Shown: positions 25,180-33,411, counted from the stretch's first letter. The stretch: 33,411 nt of DNA from a virus (IMGVR_UViG_3300036670_000258:1-33411); one strand, 5' to 3'. Program-made: numbers and translations. The notes: generated by a model not told the origin, from the letters alone.

Positions 25180-26919
25180 TTAACCTAACGAGCTTGTTAG
25201 CATTCCAACTGCTGCACCATAATCTCCGTCTGATTTCTGTAAGATACCATCAATTACTTCTTGTGATTTGTCTTCATCAAATTCATCTCCAAATGCCTTC
25301 TTTAAAAGATTAACAGCGTAATCTTTAAATTCATCGTCAGATTTAATATCGGCCTCATTTACTAGAGATTCATAAACAGTGCCGAGTAAATCTTCTTTTT
25401 TGTCAAATTTCTTTGCAGATTTCCTAACATCTTGTAACATTGAAATAATATTATCCAGTGCCTTAATATCTAGATCAGAACCATTGTTTACCGCAGAAGT
25501 TAGTTGTTGCATACGATTATCTAGAACGTATAGGTCGTTACTTATTACTTTTTTTGGTAGTCTGTAAAAGGATTCTTTGATAGACTCTTCAACCTTAAAT
25601 GTTTTACCTTCAAAATCGAATTCATCATCGCCTGCCTCTTTAGCCTTACGTACCGCATCTCCAAATGCGTTACCTTCTTTTAATTCTTCTAACTTAAATT
25701 TCTTTGGATTTTCTTTAATCTTCTCAGTAGCAATCGCAATTAATTTATCCATTGAATAGTCATTAGACCCTATAACTTCACCATTAAGAGTATATTGCAC
25801 ATAACCTCCTGATTTCTTTTTTTGACCAAGCTTAACATCGGATTGTTTAAGATCATATCCGTTGGCCTTTAATGCAGTTTGGATTGCGGATTTTTCAAAA
25901 CCTTCGTTGGCAATAGACTCTTCAATAAATCCTATCAAGTAATCATCACCCCAAAGATCCGAAATCATTTTTTCAAGATCTTTACGCTTTCCCGTGTATT
26001 CATATTCACCAAAATCTCCACCTACACCAGTGTCTTTCATTTTGATGTTATTCTTTTTAATAAATTTTTGAAGTGTTTTATCGTCAGGATCCGTAGTATC
26101 AAGTAATACTGTGGATTCTGATAATGCAGTTTGGATTGCGGATTTTTCAAAACCTTCGTTGGCAATAGACTCTTCAATAAATCCTATCAAGTAATCATCA
26201 CCCCAAAGATCCGAAATCATTTTTTCAAGATCTTTACGCTTTCCCGTGTATTCATATTCACCAAAATCTCCACCTACACCAGTGTCTTTCATTTTGATGT
26301 TATTCTTTTTAATAAATTTTTGAAGTGTTTTATCGTCAGGATCCGTAGTATCAAGTAATACTGTGGATTCTGATAATGCATTACGGTCGAAGTTAAAAAT
26401 AACTGATTTTACATTTACATCATATTCCTTTATTAATTCACCAACCTTATTATACATATTATTTAATGCAGTAGATTTTAATTGCGTATATCCGTTTTTA
26501 AGAGTAATTTCTGTTGTATTATATTTCGCAGTGTAGTCATCCTTTAATGCTTCATTAAAAATAGATTCTTCTACTTTATATGTTTTTCCATCAAATTCGA
26601 ATTCAGTTTCTCCGGCCTCTTTAGCCTTACGTACCGCATCTCCAAATGCGTTACCTTCTTTTAATTTTTCTCTAGGTGGAGTTGGAGGATCTACTTTTTC
26701 TAGAGAACCACTCGCAAACATTTTATCTATAATTCCATTACGCTGTACTTCTTCTAATCCTTCTAATGAGGTTAATCCCATCTCGTCAAGAATAGATGCC
26801 AATTTGTTTACTGTTTCTTGTCTTTTTGTATTGTTTGCTTCTCTTAATTTTACAGTAGATTCCTGTGATTTAACCTCAGAAAAACTCTTAAATGAAGAAA
26901 TTTTGTTAATGTTAGCCAT
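25180..26919 (-). CDS. Repeat-containing modular polyprotein, probable head-internal/core protein
   Basis: Modules bounded by EES/NEA/NEG/KEG/SES; two GNAFGDAVRKAKEAG modules; 84-aa tandem duplication; upstream GATATATA at 26955-26962. Confidence 0.7.
   Translation of the reverse strand: MANINKISSFKSFSEVKSQESTVKLREANNTKRQETVNKLASILDEMGLTSLEGLEEVQRNGIIDKMFASGSLEKVDPPTPPREKLKEGNAFGDAVRKAKEAGETEFEFDGKTYKVEESIFNEALKDDYTAKYNTTEITLKNGYTQLKSTALNNMYNKVGELIKEYDVNVKSVIFNFDRNALSESTVLLDTTDPDDKTLQKFIKKNNIKMKDTGVGGDFGEYEYTGKRKDLEKMISDLWGDDYLIGFIEESIANEGFEKSAIQTALSESTVLLDTTDPDDKTLQKFIKKNNIKMKDTGVGGDFGEYEYTGKRKDLEKMISDLWGDDYLIGFIEESIANEGFEKSAIQTALKANGYDLKQSDVKLGQKKKSGGYVQYTLNGEVIGSNDYSMDKLIAIATEKIKENPKKFKLEELKEGNAFGDAVRKAKEAGDDEFDFEGKTFKVEESIKESFYRLPKKVISNDLYVLDNRMQQLTSAVNNGSDLDIKALDNIISMLQDVRKSAKKFDKKEDLLGTVYESLVNEADIKSDDEFKDYAVNLLKKAFGDEFDEDKSQEVIDGILQKSDGDYGAAVGMLTSSLG
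25634..26666. repeat. 52-bp identical direct repeat (25634-25685 and 26615-26666)
   Basis: GCCTCTTTAGCCTTACGTACCGCATCTCCAAATGCGTTACCTTCTTTTAATT at both sites. Confidence 0.9.
25870..26380. repeat. 252-bp in-frame tandem duplication with 7-bp TAATGCA microhomology
   Basis: Period 252; TAATGCA at 25870, 26122 and 26374; identical shadow ORFs at 25879 and 26131. Confidence 0.92.
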
Positions 26920-26953
26920 TTTTTTATGTATTTTTTATTATATTATTGATAGG

Positions 26954-27889
26954 TTATATATCTCCATCAAATTCAACACTCTTAACTGTAAATGGAAACT
27001 TTTCTTGTGTATAAATAGCCTGTCTTGCCTTTCCATGTTTATATAAATAGTTATCCCATTCTATAGATCTGATATTATCTACAAAATCTATAATTAAAAC
27101 CTTTTCCTTTGATGCATGTTGTCTTAATCCTCTTCCGATTGATTGTCGTATAATAACTTCAGATTTAAATGATTCTGTAAAAAATATGTTATGTATTTTT
27201 TTTATAGAAATTCCTGTTGAAAAGGTTCCAAACGAAGCTACTATTACAATTTCTTCTCCTGCCTCCATTTTCTTTTTATACTCTTCTCGTATATCAGATG
27301 AAGTTCCACCATCCACATAGAATACTCTTTTATTACTTTCTTGTCTAAGTTTTTCATAAAGTCGTTGGCCATGCTCAATTCTGTGAAAAAGAACTAAACT
27401 ATTTCTTGGAACCTTAGCAATAACAGTAGATATAAAGTTAAGTCTGGCATTGCTAGTAATTACGAAATTTTGTTCTAAAGAAAAAACATCTTTATTTTCA
27501 TATTTATTCTGAGCCAATTCCATAAATGCAGTTCTTTGCTTAGGAGTTGCATAATTCATTTCAATAACCTTTACAATACATTTTGCGATATAACCTTCCT
27601 TTTGTAAAAAGCTAGCTTTAACCTCAGTAATTAGAGGTCCAGTTTGGCTCATAAGTGTAAGTCGATCTAATGTATCTGCTTTTGGAATTGTACCTGAAAG
27701 TCCGAATTTGTAATTTGCATTTACACATTTTGAAAGAATTTCCTTTATCGATGCTCCTTTGGCTTTATGGCAATTTGAAACGTTTAACCCATTTGCAAAA
27801 TAATTGTGGTTTAAACCGTCTTCTGATTTTATTCTAAGATTATAAACAGTATCGCTATATTCTATTTTTTTAATATTATTAATCTTCAT
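26954..27889 (-). CDS. uvsW: UvsW SF2 helicase C-terminal half with split-intein IntC (39 aa, 27773-27889)
   Basis: VYNLRI...NHNYFANGLNVSN then CHKAK; motif III GLSGT, FSTGISIK, motif VI QSIGRGLR. Confidence 0.92.
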   Translation of the reverse strand: MKINNIKKIEYSDTVYNLRIKSEDGLNHNYFANGLNVSNCHKAKGASIKEILSKCVNANYKFGLSGTIPKADTLDRLTLMSQTGPLITEVKASFLQKEGYIAKCIVKVIEMNYATPKQRTAFMELAQNKYENKDVFSLEQNFVITSNARLNFISTVIAKVPRNSLVLFHRIEHGQRLYEKLRQESNKRVFYVDGGTSSDIREEYKKKMEAGEEIVIVASFGTFSTGISIKKIHNIFFTESFKSEVIIRQSIGRGLRQHASKEKVLIIDFVDNIRSIEWDNYLYKHGKARQAIYTQEKFPFTVKSVEFDGDI

Positions 27890-27945
27890 ATAAAATGTTT
27901 TAGTAATCTTTTTAATTTTAAAAAATAAAAGACTCGTAGATATAA

Positions 27946-28587
27946 TTATTTTATGACATTAACCTTAACATTAACATTAGACATGGGAATACCTACTTTG
28001 GCATTTTCATCTAAGTTTACAGTTACCTTTTTAGATAATTTTATTTTAAAAGTGTCAGACCATGGAATAAATAGATTTCCGTCTGCAACAACTTCGAGCT
28101 TAATATTTCCAGTATCTCCTTCATTAAGAATTCCTAGTTTTTTTATAGGAACAATGCATTTGTTATTTACAATATTTCCTGGAAATACAAGAGACCATTC
28201 TGTTGTCTCAATAATAATTCTAGCGTAAGCTTCTTCAATGGATGCACCTTCGATTGATATATCACATATGAATTCCTCATTTATATCCTTATACAGGGTG
28301 TAATTTGTGTCATCTTCTATAATTTCAAGAGTTATTTCCTCTGAAATTTTATCTTTTATGTATTCTATTATATCCTCTTGGACAACTATATCATCATGTG
28401 TTGCTATATCCTCTTGGACAACTATATCATCATGTGTTGCTATATCCTCTTGGACAACTATATCTTTTTCTTTTTCAATAGTATCATCAATTAGTATTGA
28501 CTCGTTGTTAGGTAAAATCTGAATAGAATTATCGATTTCATTATTATTCATAAAGTCGATAAAACTAAAAACATCAAGTTTTTTCAT
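27946..28587 (-). CDS. Hypothetical protein, beta-rich C-terminal domain, probable structural protein
   Basis: FSFIDFMN start, acidic 12-aa repeats, C-terminal GNIKLEVVADGNLFIPW. Confidence 0.65.
   Translation of the reverse strand: MKKLDVFSFIDFMNNNEIDNSIQILPNNESILIDDTIEKEKDIVVQEDIATHDDIVVQEDIATHDDIVVQEDIIEYIKDKISEEITLEIIEDDTNYTLYKDINEEFICDISIEGASIEEAYARIIIETTEWSLVFPGNIVNNKCIVPIKKLGILNEGDTGNIKLEVVADGNLFIPWSDTFKIKLSKKVTVNLDENAKVGIPMSNVNVKVNVIK
28369..28464. repeat. 36-bp tandem repeat, about 2.7 copies (DIVVQEDIATHD)
   Basis: TATATCCTCTTGGACAACTATATCATCATGTGTTGC repeated without spacers. Confidence 0.9.
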
Positions 28588-28634
28588 GATTTAAATTATT
28601 TTTTATTTAATATATATATTAATATTAAAATTTG

Positions 28635-28991
28635 TTATTTTCGTATGTTATTAGAAAAGCCTATATTTATTTTAATTCCTTCCTTTATTCCTTGTTTAAT
28701 GAATATTTCAAAATCAGATCCTAGAACTTTAATATTTTCATTGATTTCTCTTTTTTCTTGATACTCGATACCTTTAAATTTACAATAAAGTTCTAGAAAT
28801 CGTTTTGTCTTGGTGTCACCTATATCTTTTTGTAGTCTCTGGCCTGGATTACCATATGCAACATATCCTCCCGATCCGGCTACAATATTGTTAACTTCAA
28901 TTAAAACAGAAACATCTGACCATTTCTGACCGGATGTTTCATTCCATTTTTTAATAAGTTCTTTCCATTTAAAATATCGCTTTTGTGGCAT
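28635..28991 (-). CDS. Hypothetical protein (118 aa)
   Basis: Trp-spaced N-terminus (KW.....W......WSDV); in operon order with its neighbours. Confidence 0.65.
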   Translation of the reverse strand: MPQKRYFKWKELIKKWNETSGQKWSDVSVLIEVNNIVAGSGGYVAYGNPGQRLQKDIGDTKTKRFLELYCKFKGIEYQEKREINENIKVLGSDFEIFIKQGIKEGIKINIGFSNNIRK

Positions 28992-29006
28992 AAAACGTTT
29001 TAATTA

Positions 29007-31088
29007 TTAAGTCATATTTATGTAACCGATACCTGAACCAGTAATAGCACTAATAGCGGTTGTGTTAAACTCTAGGTTACTATAAGCTCCGATATGAGTT
29101 CTACCAATCTGGTCTCCGATTGCAGCTGTACCTACCATACTTAATTGAGGACCCTCTGGTAAACGGAATCTAATTGGGGTTTCAATAGCTCCAATACCTT
29201 GTTGTCTGTATGTTACCATAAGTATTTTCGCAGGTAAACCTGTACCAAATGATACCCAAACATTTGCAAGTGGTGCTGTTGATGATAGTAACAATGTCTG
29301 AATAGATTTTAAATATGCAACTGCTGATGCTGATGTGGCTAATGCTGCAACTGTTACAGTTGAAGTAAATATTGCTGCTTTTGCTACACTTGATGCAAAT
29401 AACTTTCCTAGTATTGTGTTATTTGCAACATAACTTGCCATTGCTGGAGCTGAATTTACTATTAATCCAATTGCAACTGCGTTTCCAATTGCCACATCAA
29501 TGTTAGAATTACCACCAAGTGCTGTTAAAGCCCCTGTATTAGCAACAAATCCTGTCATAATAAGACTATTTCCCGCCACTATACTAAAGTTTGCACTTGT
29601 AGCAAGGGTAAGCATTGCATCTGAATTAGTTGCTAGTACTTCTGATGCTCCTGCGTTTGCATTTACTAGTGTTAAGGCTGATGCTTTAGCTATGATTTGA
29701 GTAAAAGTTGACATTATTAAAGTTATTCCTGCTAAGTTATACGTTATTGCAAAAGCATTATCTTCGTAGTAAGGGCTATCTTTAAACTGACTCCATCTTG
29801 TAATATTTGCATTTATAGCATTTATTGAAGTTGGTCTATTAGACACCGCTGTCATTGCATTTTCGGAATTAAAAATAATATCTCTTATTCCTACTGTAGA
29901 GGTTGCGCCAACTAAAATTCCAACTGATATTGAATTAGATGCTAGTATAGGCATTCCTATAGGGTCATTAATGGCAAGAGTTAAATTAGTGTGAGTAGAT
30001 AAAGCCGTTACTCCTGCTGAATTACCAGCAAGTGCCGTCATTATTACTGAATTACCTTTTACAAGTGCAAAGTTTGTGCTTGTAGCTATATTAACCATTG
30101 CAGTATTATTACTCGCTAAGGCTGCCATAATAACTGTATTACCTGTTACGATAGAAAGATTAGTGCTTGCACCTAATGTTAACATTGCAGCACTGCTTGA
30201 AGCTAATGCTTCTGATGCTCCTTCATTTGAGTTTACTGTGGCTAGCGCAACTGCATTATTTATAATATCATCGATTGTCGCAAATGATGTAGGGTTAACT
30301 CCTGCAAGATTTGCAATTGTGTTTTTTAAATTTGCTACAAAGAATGTGCTTGCTTTGTAAGAAGCTCTTGCAACACTATTGGCATATATCGTATCTACTG
30401 CTATTTTACTATTAGAAATAGCAGCTACAGACAATGACTTTGAAGATAATTCATACATAGCTATAGCACTGTCTGCACAAGCACTCATACATCTTTGAGA
30501 ATTTGTTATATAACTTAAAGCATTTTGGTTAGAAGATATTAACTCCATTCCAATACTATTAGTAGATGTTCTTAAAACCAAATCATCGTCTTCAATAACA
30601 GCTCTAATCGCATTAGTACTAGCTATAATCCGTGACATTGCTACAGGATCTGCAAATACAAAGTTTCTATCAGGGTAAAGTACTAAATCTAATCCTGCAA
30701 AAACAGCGGCAGCATAACCAAGATTATCTACAGCATAGGGACTTTGTAAGTATATGTCCCACGCCACCTGATTGTTTATAATTTTAGTTAAGGTTGGTAA
30801 GTTAAGCGATACATTAAGCATTGCTAAAGGGCTTAAAGCCATTGCATGTGCAGCTGTTGAATTATTTATACTAGCTGCTCCAAATACAGAGTCTGTTGCT
30901 ATCGGGCTTGCTATGATTGCAGAAATTGCTAATTGGTTTGCTGCTAAACTTCTCGTTTCACTCCTCATTGACAGCGCTTCTTCAAACCCTACTCGTGTGG
31001 CAGGGTTTGTTAGTCTTGTTTGAAATTCTGATCCAAGTACTGTTCCAGATTTTACTGCTGTTAACAGTCTTCTTGTTGATAATTGCAT
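29007..31088 (-). CDS. Ala/Ser/Asn-rich helical-repeat protein (693 aa), probable tail/virion-associated
   Basis: Roughly 10-aa AMxxIxxS repeats and longer internal repeats (NLAG...GASE.LA..S.AMLTL); beta-rich C-terminal cap. Confidence 0.7.
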   Translation of the reverse strand: MQLSTRRLLTAVKSGTVLGSEFQTRLTNPATRVGFEEALSMRSETRSLAANQLAISAIIASPIATDSVFGAASINNSTAAHAMALSPLAMLNVSLNLPTLTKIINNQVAWDIYLQSPYAVDNLGYAAAVFAGLDLVLYPDRNFVFADPVAMSRIIASTNAIRAVIEDDDLVLRTSTNSIGMELISSNQNALSYITNSQRCMSACADSAIAMYELSSKSLSVAAISNSKIAVDTIYANSVARASYKASTFFVANLKNTIANLAGVNPTSFATIDDIINNAVALATVNSNEGASEALASSSAAMLTLGASTNLSIVTGNTVIMAALASNNTAMVNIATSTNFALVKGNSVIMTALAGNSAGVTALSTHTNLTLAINDPIGMPILASNSISVGILVGATSTVGIRDIIFNSENAMTAVSNRPTSINAINANITRWSQFKDSPYYEDNAFAITYNLAGITLIMSTFTQIIAKASALTLVNANAGASEVLATNSDAMLTLATSANFSIVAGNSLIMTGFVANTGALTALGGNSNIDVAIGNAVAIGLIVNSAPAMASYVANNTILGKLFASSVAKAAIFTSTVTVAALATSASAVAYLKSIQTLLLSSTAPLANVWVSFGTGLPAKILMVTYRQQGIGAIETPIRFRLPEGPQLSMVGTAAIGDQIGRTHIGAYSNLEFNTTAISAITGSGIGYINMT

Positions 31089-31105
31089 AATTTTTTATTT
31101 TGGTT

Positions 31106-31714
31106 TTACTTTGTTACAAAAAAAGATGTTAATCTAGTTGTTTCATCTTCATCAAGTTCATCTCTAAGGTTTCTATCATCTGTTGACCATGCTGATATTA
31201 GATCAGGGGCTGCTATATTTAAAAGCCATTGTCCTATCGGTAAAAGGCTTATAGGATCAACTGCCGTGAATGATGTTTCGTCATCATCAGGCTCGGTGAA
31301 TGAATCTACAAAAATTAAGAGACCAATTCCTTCAATTACTGCTGAATCATCAGCCATAGGTAAAGGTTGTATTGGATATCTTAATATGCCTCGGTTTTCA
31401 TATGTTAAAGTTTCTAATTCGGTTTTACTTCTTGCGATAACAAGTGCCTCGCCTCCAATAATGGATTTACCATTTATAGTAACTAAATCTGTTATAAACA
31501 CCTTTTTATTTAATTCTTCAAGTGTTAGATCACTTATCGGTTTTTCAGCGTCAGATGTATTATTAACCCTGTCGAGTTCGTTATTTACTCTTGATATAAT
31601 ATCATTAAATAGTGCTTTGGATTCATCTATTGAAAGTTTTTGAATTACTACCTGATTAATCAAGTCAGTTGTGGCAGAGGTTAGTGCTGCAATTAATTGT
31701 TCAGTTGTTGCCAT
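31106..31714 (-). CDS. Tail-fibre-associated protein
   Basis: VNNTSDAEKPIS (common tail-fibre motif), TINGKSIIGG, EPDDDETSF...GQWLL. Confidence 0.6.
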   Translation of the reverse strand: MATTEQLIAALTSATTDLINQVVIQKLSIDESKALFNDIISRVNNELDRVNNTSDAEKPISDLTLEELNKKVFITDLVTINGKSIIGGEALVIARSKTELETLTYENRGILRYPIQPLPMADDSAVIEGIGLLIFVDSFTEPDDDETSFTAVDPISLLPIGQWLLNIAAPDLISAWSTDDRNLRDELDEDETTRLTSFFVTK

Positions 31715-31924
31715 TTATCTATTCAATATTGTTATTAATAACGTTTGTGTATTAATTAAGTTTGTGCTTACTATAAATAAAGGTTCTATCGCCCTATTTT
31801 CAGATAAAGCAATAGCATTAGATATAAGAGAATTGACATTACCCTTAAGGGCAGTACATGTTTCCAATAAGCTAGTAGTCTGTGATGTTAAATTATCTAT
31901 TGCTTCTTCAATTGTCGCTGCCAT
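31715..31924 (-). CDS. Small helical protein (69 aa), N-terminus paralogous to the next gene
   Basis: MAATIEEAIDNLTSQTTSLL versus MATTEQLIAALTSATTDLI; abuts the next start. Confidence 0.65.
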   Translation of the reverse strand: MAATIEEAIDNLTSQTTSLLETCTALKGNVNSLISNAIALSENRAIEPLFIVSTNLINTQTLLITILNR

Positions 31925-32126
31925 ATGATTCTAAAATATATTTTGCTAGTATCTTTTGTGTTTGTATTAAATTTGATGCCTGATTAACTTGATAATATAA
32001 TGGCGTACCTATTGGCAGGCTATTACCTTTTCCATCAAAATATGATCCATTTCCATCAGTTTGCACTAATCGTTGAAATGTAAGAGATACTTCAGATTCT
32101 GTTAAATCGAATTCAGGGTTTTGCAT
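31908..32126 (-). CDS. Hypothetical protein (72 aa from ATG 32126)
   Basis: MQNPEFDLTESEVSLTFQRLVQTDG...; GATATATA at 32150-32157 favours this start over the track's 32183. Confidence 0.6.
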   Translation of the reverse strand: MQNPEFDLTESEVSLTFQRLVQTDGNGSYFDGKGNSLPIGTPLYYQVNQASNLIQTQKILAKYILESYGSDN

Positions 32127-32163
32127 TTTATTATTTATGTTATTAATATTATATATCCTATTT

Positions 32164-33147
32164 TTATATACAAAATATATCATCGGTATATGATAATTGA
32201 TCCACTCTCTTATATACCCCTGATGTTAATTTAACTCTATGATTTCCTGTTATTTTAATAATAGATCCATCTTCCATTTCTAACTCGAACATTTGATTTC
32301 CTTTCGATAAATCATGATATACAAATTCAACTTCTCTATCTTCAATTTCTAAAGTTTTATCATTAGTTGTTTTAACATATTCTCCTGCCTTTATTTCATT
32401 TACCTTTTTATAGGAGCCATTGCTCATTTTTATTAGAGTATCGGGATGTATACACTCGTCAACTATTACTGCATCAAATTCTGAAAAGTATGCAGCATCC
32501 TTTTTAATTAAAGATTGATAAGTACCTATAATTATATTTTTATTAGGTTTAATATCTTGACCAGCAAATATTTGTTGAATTCTTAGATCTATTTTGTTTT
32601 TGTAATTGTAATCGTGAAAATCTTCATGAGCCTGTACTACTAATGAAACGTTAGGAACTATAAATAGTATTTTAGTTGCCTTGTTATGTTCTAGTATATA
32701 TGCTACTGTTAAAAAACTTATTAGTGTTTTACCAGCTGAAGTTGCAAGTTCAGCTAAACATTTTCTAAACTTTAAAATATTAAAAGCAGCCTCAATCTGG
32801 TAATCACGTGGTGTAAATTTTTCAGAGTCTTTAAAGAATTCTAAAGACCATTTTTCAAATACTTCTGGATTAATATTAGGGTCTATTAATCTTTTTATTC
32901 CTTCAATTTTAAGTTCAAATCTATACTCCTTGCAAATTGACATGACATATTGCCAGAGTCCGGCAGGAATCCATTTATCATCTTTAATGTATGATACATA
33001 TCCATCCCATATTCCACGCTTTACTAAAGGGTGAAACCTCCAGCTGTCAATTCTTTTTGTTAGAGATATTTTAATCTGCTCTAACTCTAGTTCAGTAGCA
33101 TCGTCAATTCTTAAAAATTGATTATCTTCAGTTAATGTTAAAATCAA
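32164..33147 (-). CDS. uvsW: UvsW SF2 helicase N-terminal half (231 aa) with split-intein IntN (96 aa, 32167-32454); TTG start
   Basis: WDG, PRDYQ, Walker A ATSAGKT, IVP..SLVVQ, TYQS, IVDE, then intein CIHPDT...ITGNHRV..GVYKRVDQL...D and a stop. Confidence 0.93.
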   Translation of the reverse strand: MILTLTEDNQFLRIDDATELELEQIKISLTKRIDSWRFHPLVKRGIWDGYVSYIKDDKWIPAGLWQYVMSICKEYRFELKIEGIKRLIDPNINPEVFEKWSLEFFKDSEKFTPRDYQIEAAFNILKFRKCLAELATSAGKTLISFLTVAYILEHNKATKILFIVPNVSLVVQAHEDFHDYNYKNKIDLRIQQIFAGQDIKPNKNIIIGTYQSLIKKDAAYFSEFDAVIVDECIHPDTLIKMSNGSYKKVNEIKAGEYVKTTNDKTLEIEDREVEFVYHDLSKGNQMFELEMEDGSIIKITGNHRVKLTSGVYKRVDQLSYTDDIFCI

Positions 33148-33163
33148 ATCTATTTAATCTTTT

Positions 33164-33411
33164 TTATAGACGACTAATATCGAGGCGATTCTTTATTGCA
33201 AAGCCCATATTATCTAGAGTTTTAATAGATCCTTCAAAGAAACTCTTTTGGATAGTTAATAACTCTAGAATTGTCGTATCGTCAGAAATATCTGCTTCGA
33301 TAAATCTTTCTTTCATTTTATCGGTAAGTTTGTAATCATACGTAAAGTACTCTATCCATTTTTCTTTGTACCGTTTGTCGACTACTGCCTTTTGGGATTT
33401 AATTCTATTTC
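33164..33411 (-). CDS. uvsY: UvsY recombination mediator, C-terminal fragment
   Basis: Manually translated ...FIEADISDD...SFFEGSIKTLDNMGFAIKNRLDISRL; GFAIK tail like T4 UvsY; adjacent to uvsW. Confidence 0.72.
   Translation of the reverse strand, partial: NRIKSQKAVVDKRYKEKWIEYFTYDYKLTDKMKERFIEADISDDTTILELLTIQKSFFEGSIKTLDNMGFAIKNRLDISRL

Noticed and set aside
28369-28464. 36-bp repeat as a CRISPR array
   Set aside because: Head-to-tail with no spacers and in frame within a CDS.
4169-33335. All plus-strand ORFs in the track (e.g. 5057-5494, 8661-9065, 23041-23427, 31083-31643, 33135-33335)
   Set aside because: Antisense shadows of well-supported minus-strand genes, with Ser/Leu/Phe-rich translations and no motifs.
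1-33411. Stop-codon reassignment
   Set aside because: Genes translate to full length in code 11; breaks coincide with intein ends or TAA stops rather than scattered TAG/TGA.

Overview
AT-rich (roughly 27-30% GC by eye) segment of a large T4-like/jumbo phage genome. Every credible gene is on the minus strand, and the host is probably Bacteroidota (Flavobacteriia-like NrdAB, A-rich leaders without Shine-Dalgarno sequences). The window holds the replication/recombination core (gp46, gp47, gp41 helicase, UvsX, UvsW, UvsY, family-B polymerase, putative clamp, NrdAB, dUTPase/dCTPase), a putative DNA-modification cluster, and many proteins with a T4-like capsid-targeting N-terminus. Four core genes are in pieces. 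UvsX and NrdA are split-intein 'fractured genes' with a free-standing homing endonuclease between the halves. UvsW is split by an intein in its DECH box, but its halves are 4.27 kb apart and enclose six virion/tail-type genes with no recognisable endonuclease. The DNA polymerase is split without an intein. The best candidate for an undescribed system is a DUF2828 (TROVE/Ro60-like vWA) gene followed by two tandem non-coding units. Each unit is closed by its own compensatory 7-8 bp terminal stem and shares a 16-nt TACAGCAAACAATAAA motif, a Y-RNA-like architecture. Two phage promoter classes (TGAAAC-N17-TATAAT and GATATATA), several intrinsic terminators and hairpins occluding the start of both endonuclease genes are also visible. 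All product calls come from motif recognition only; no searches were run.
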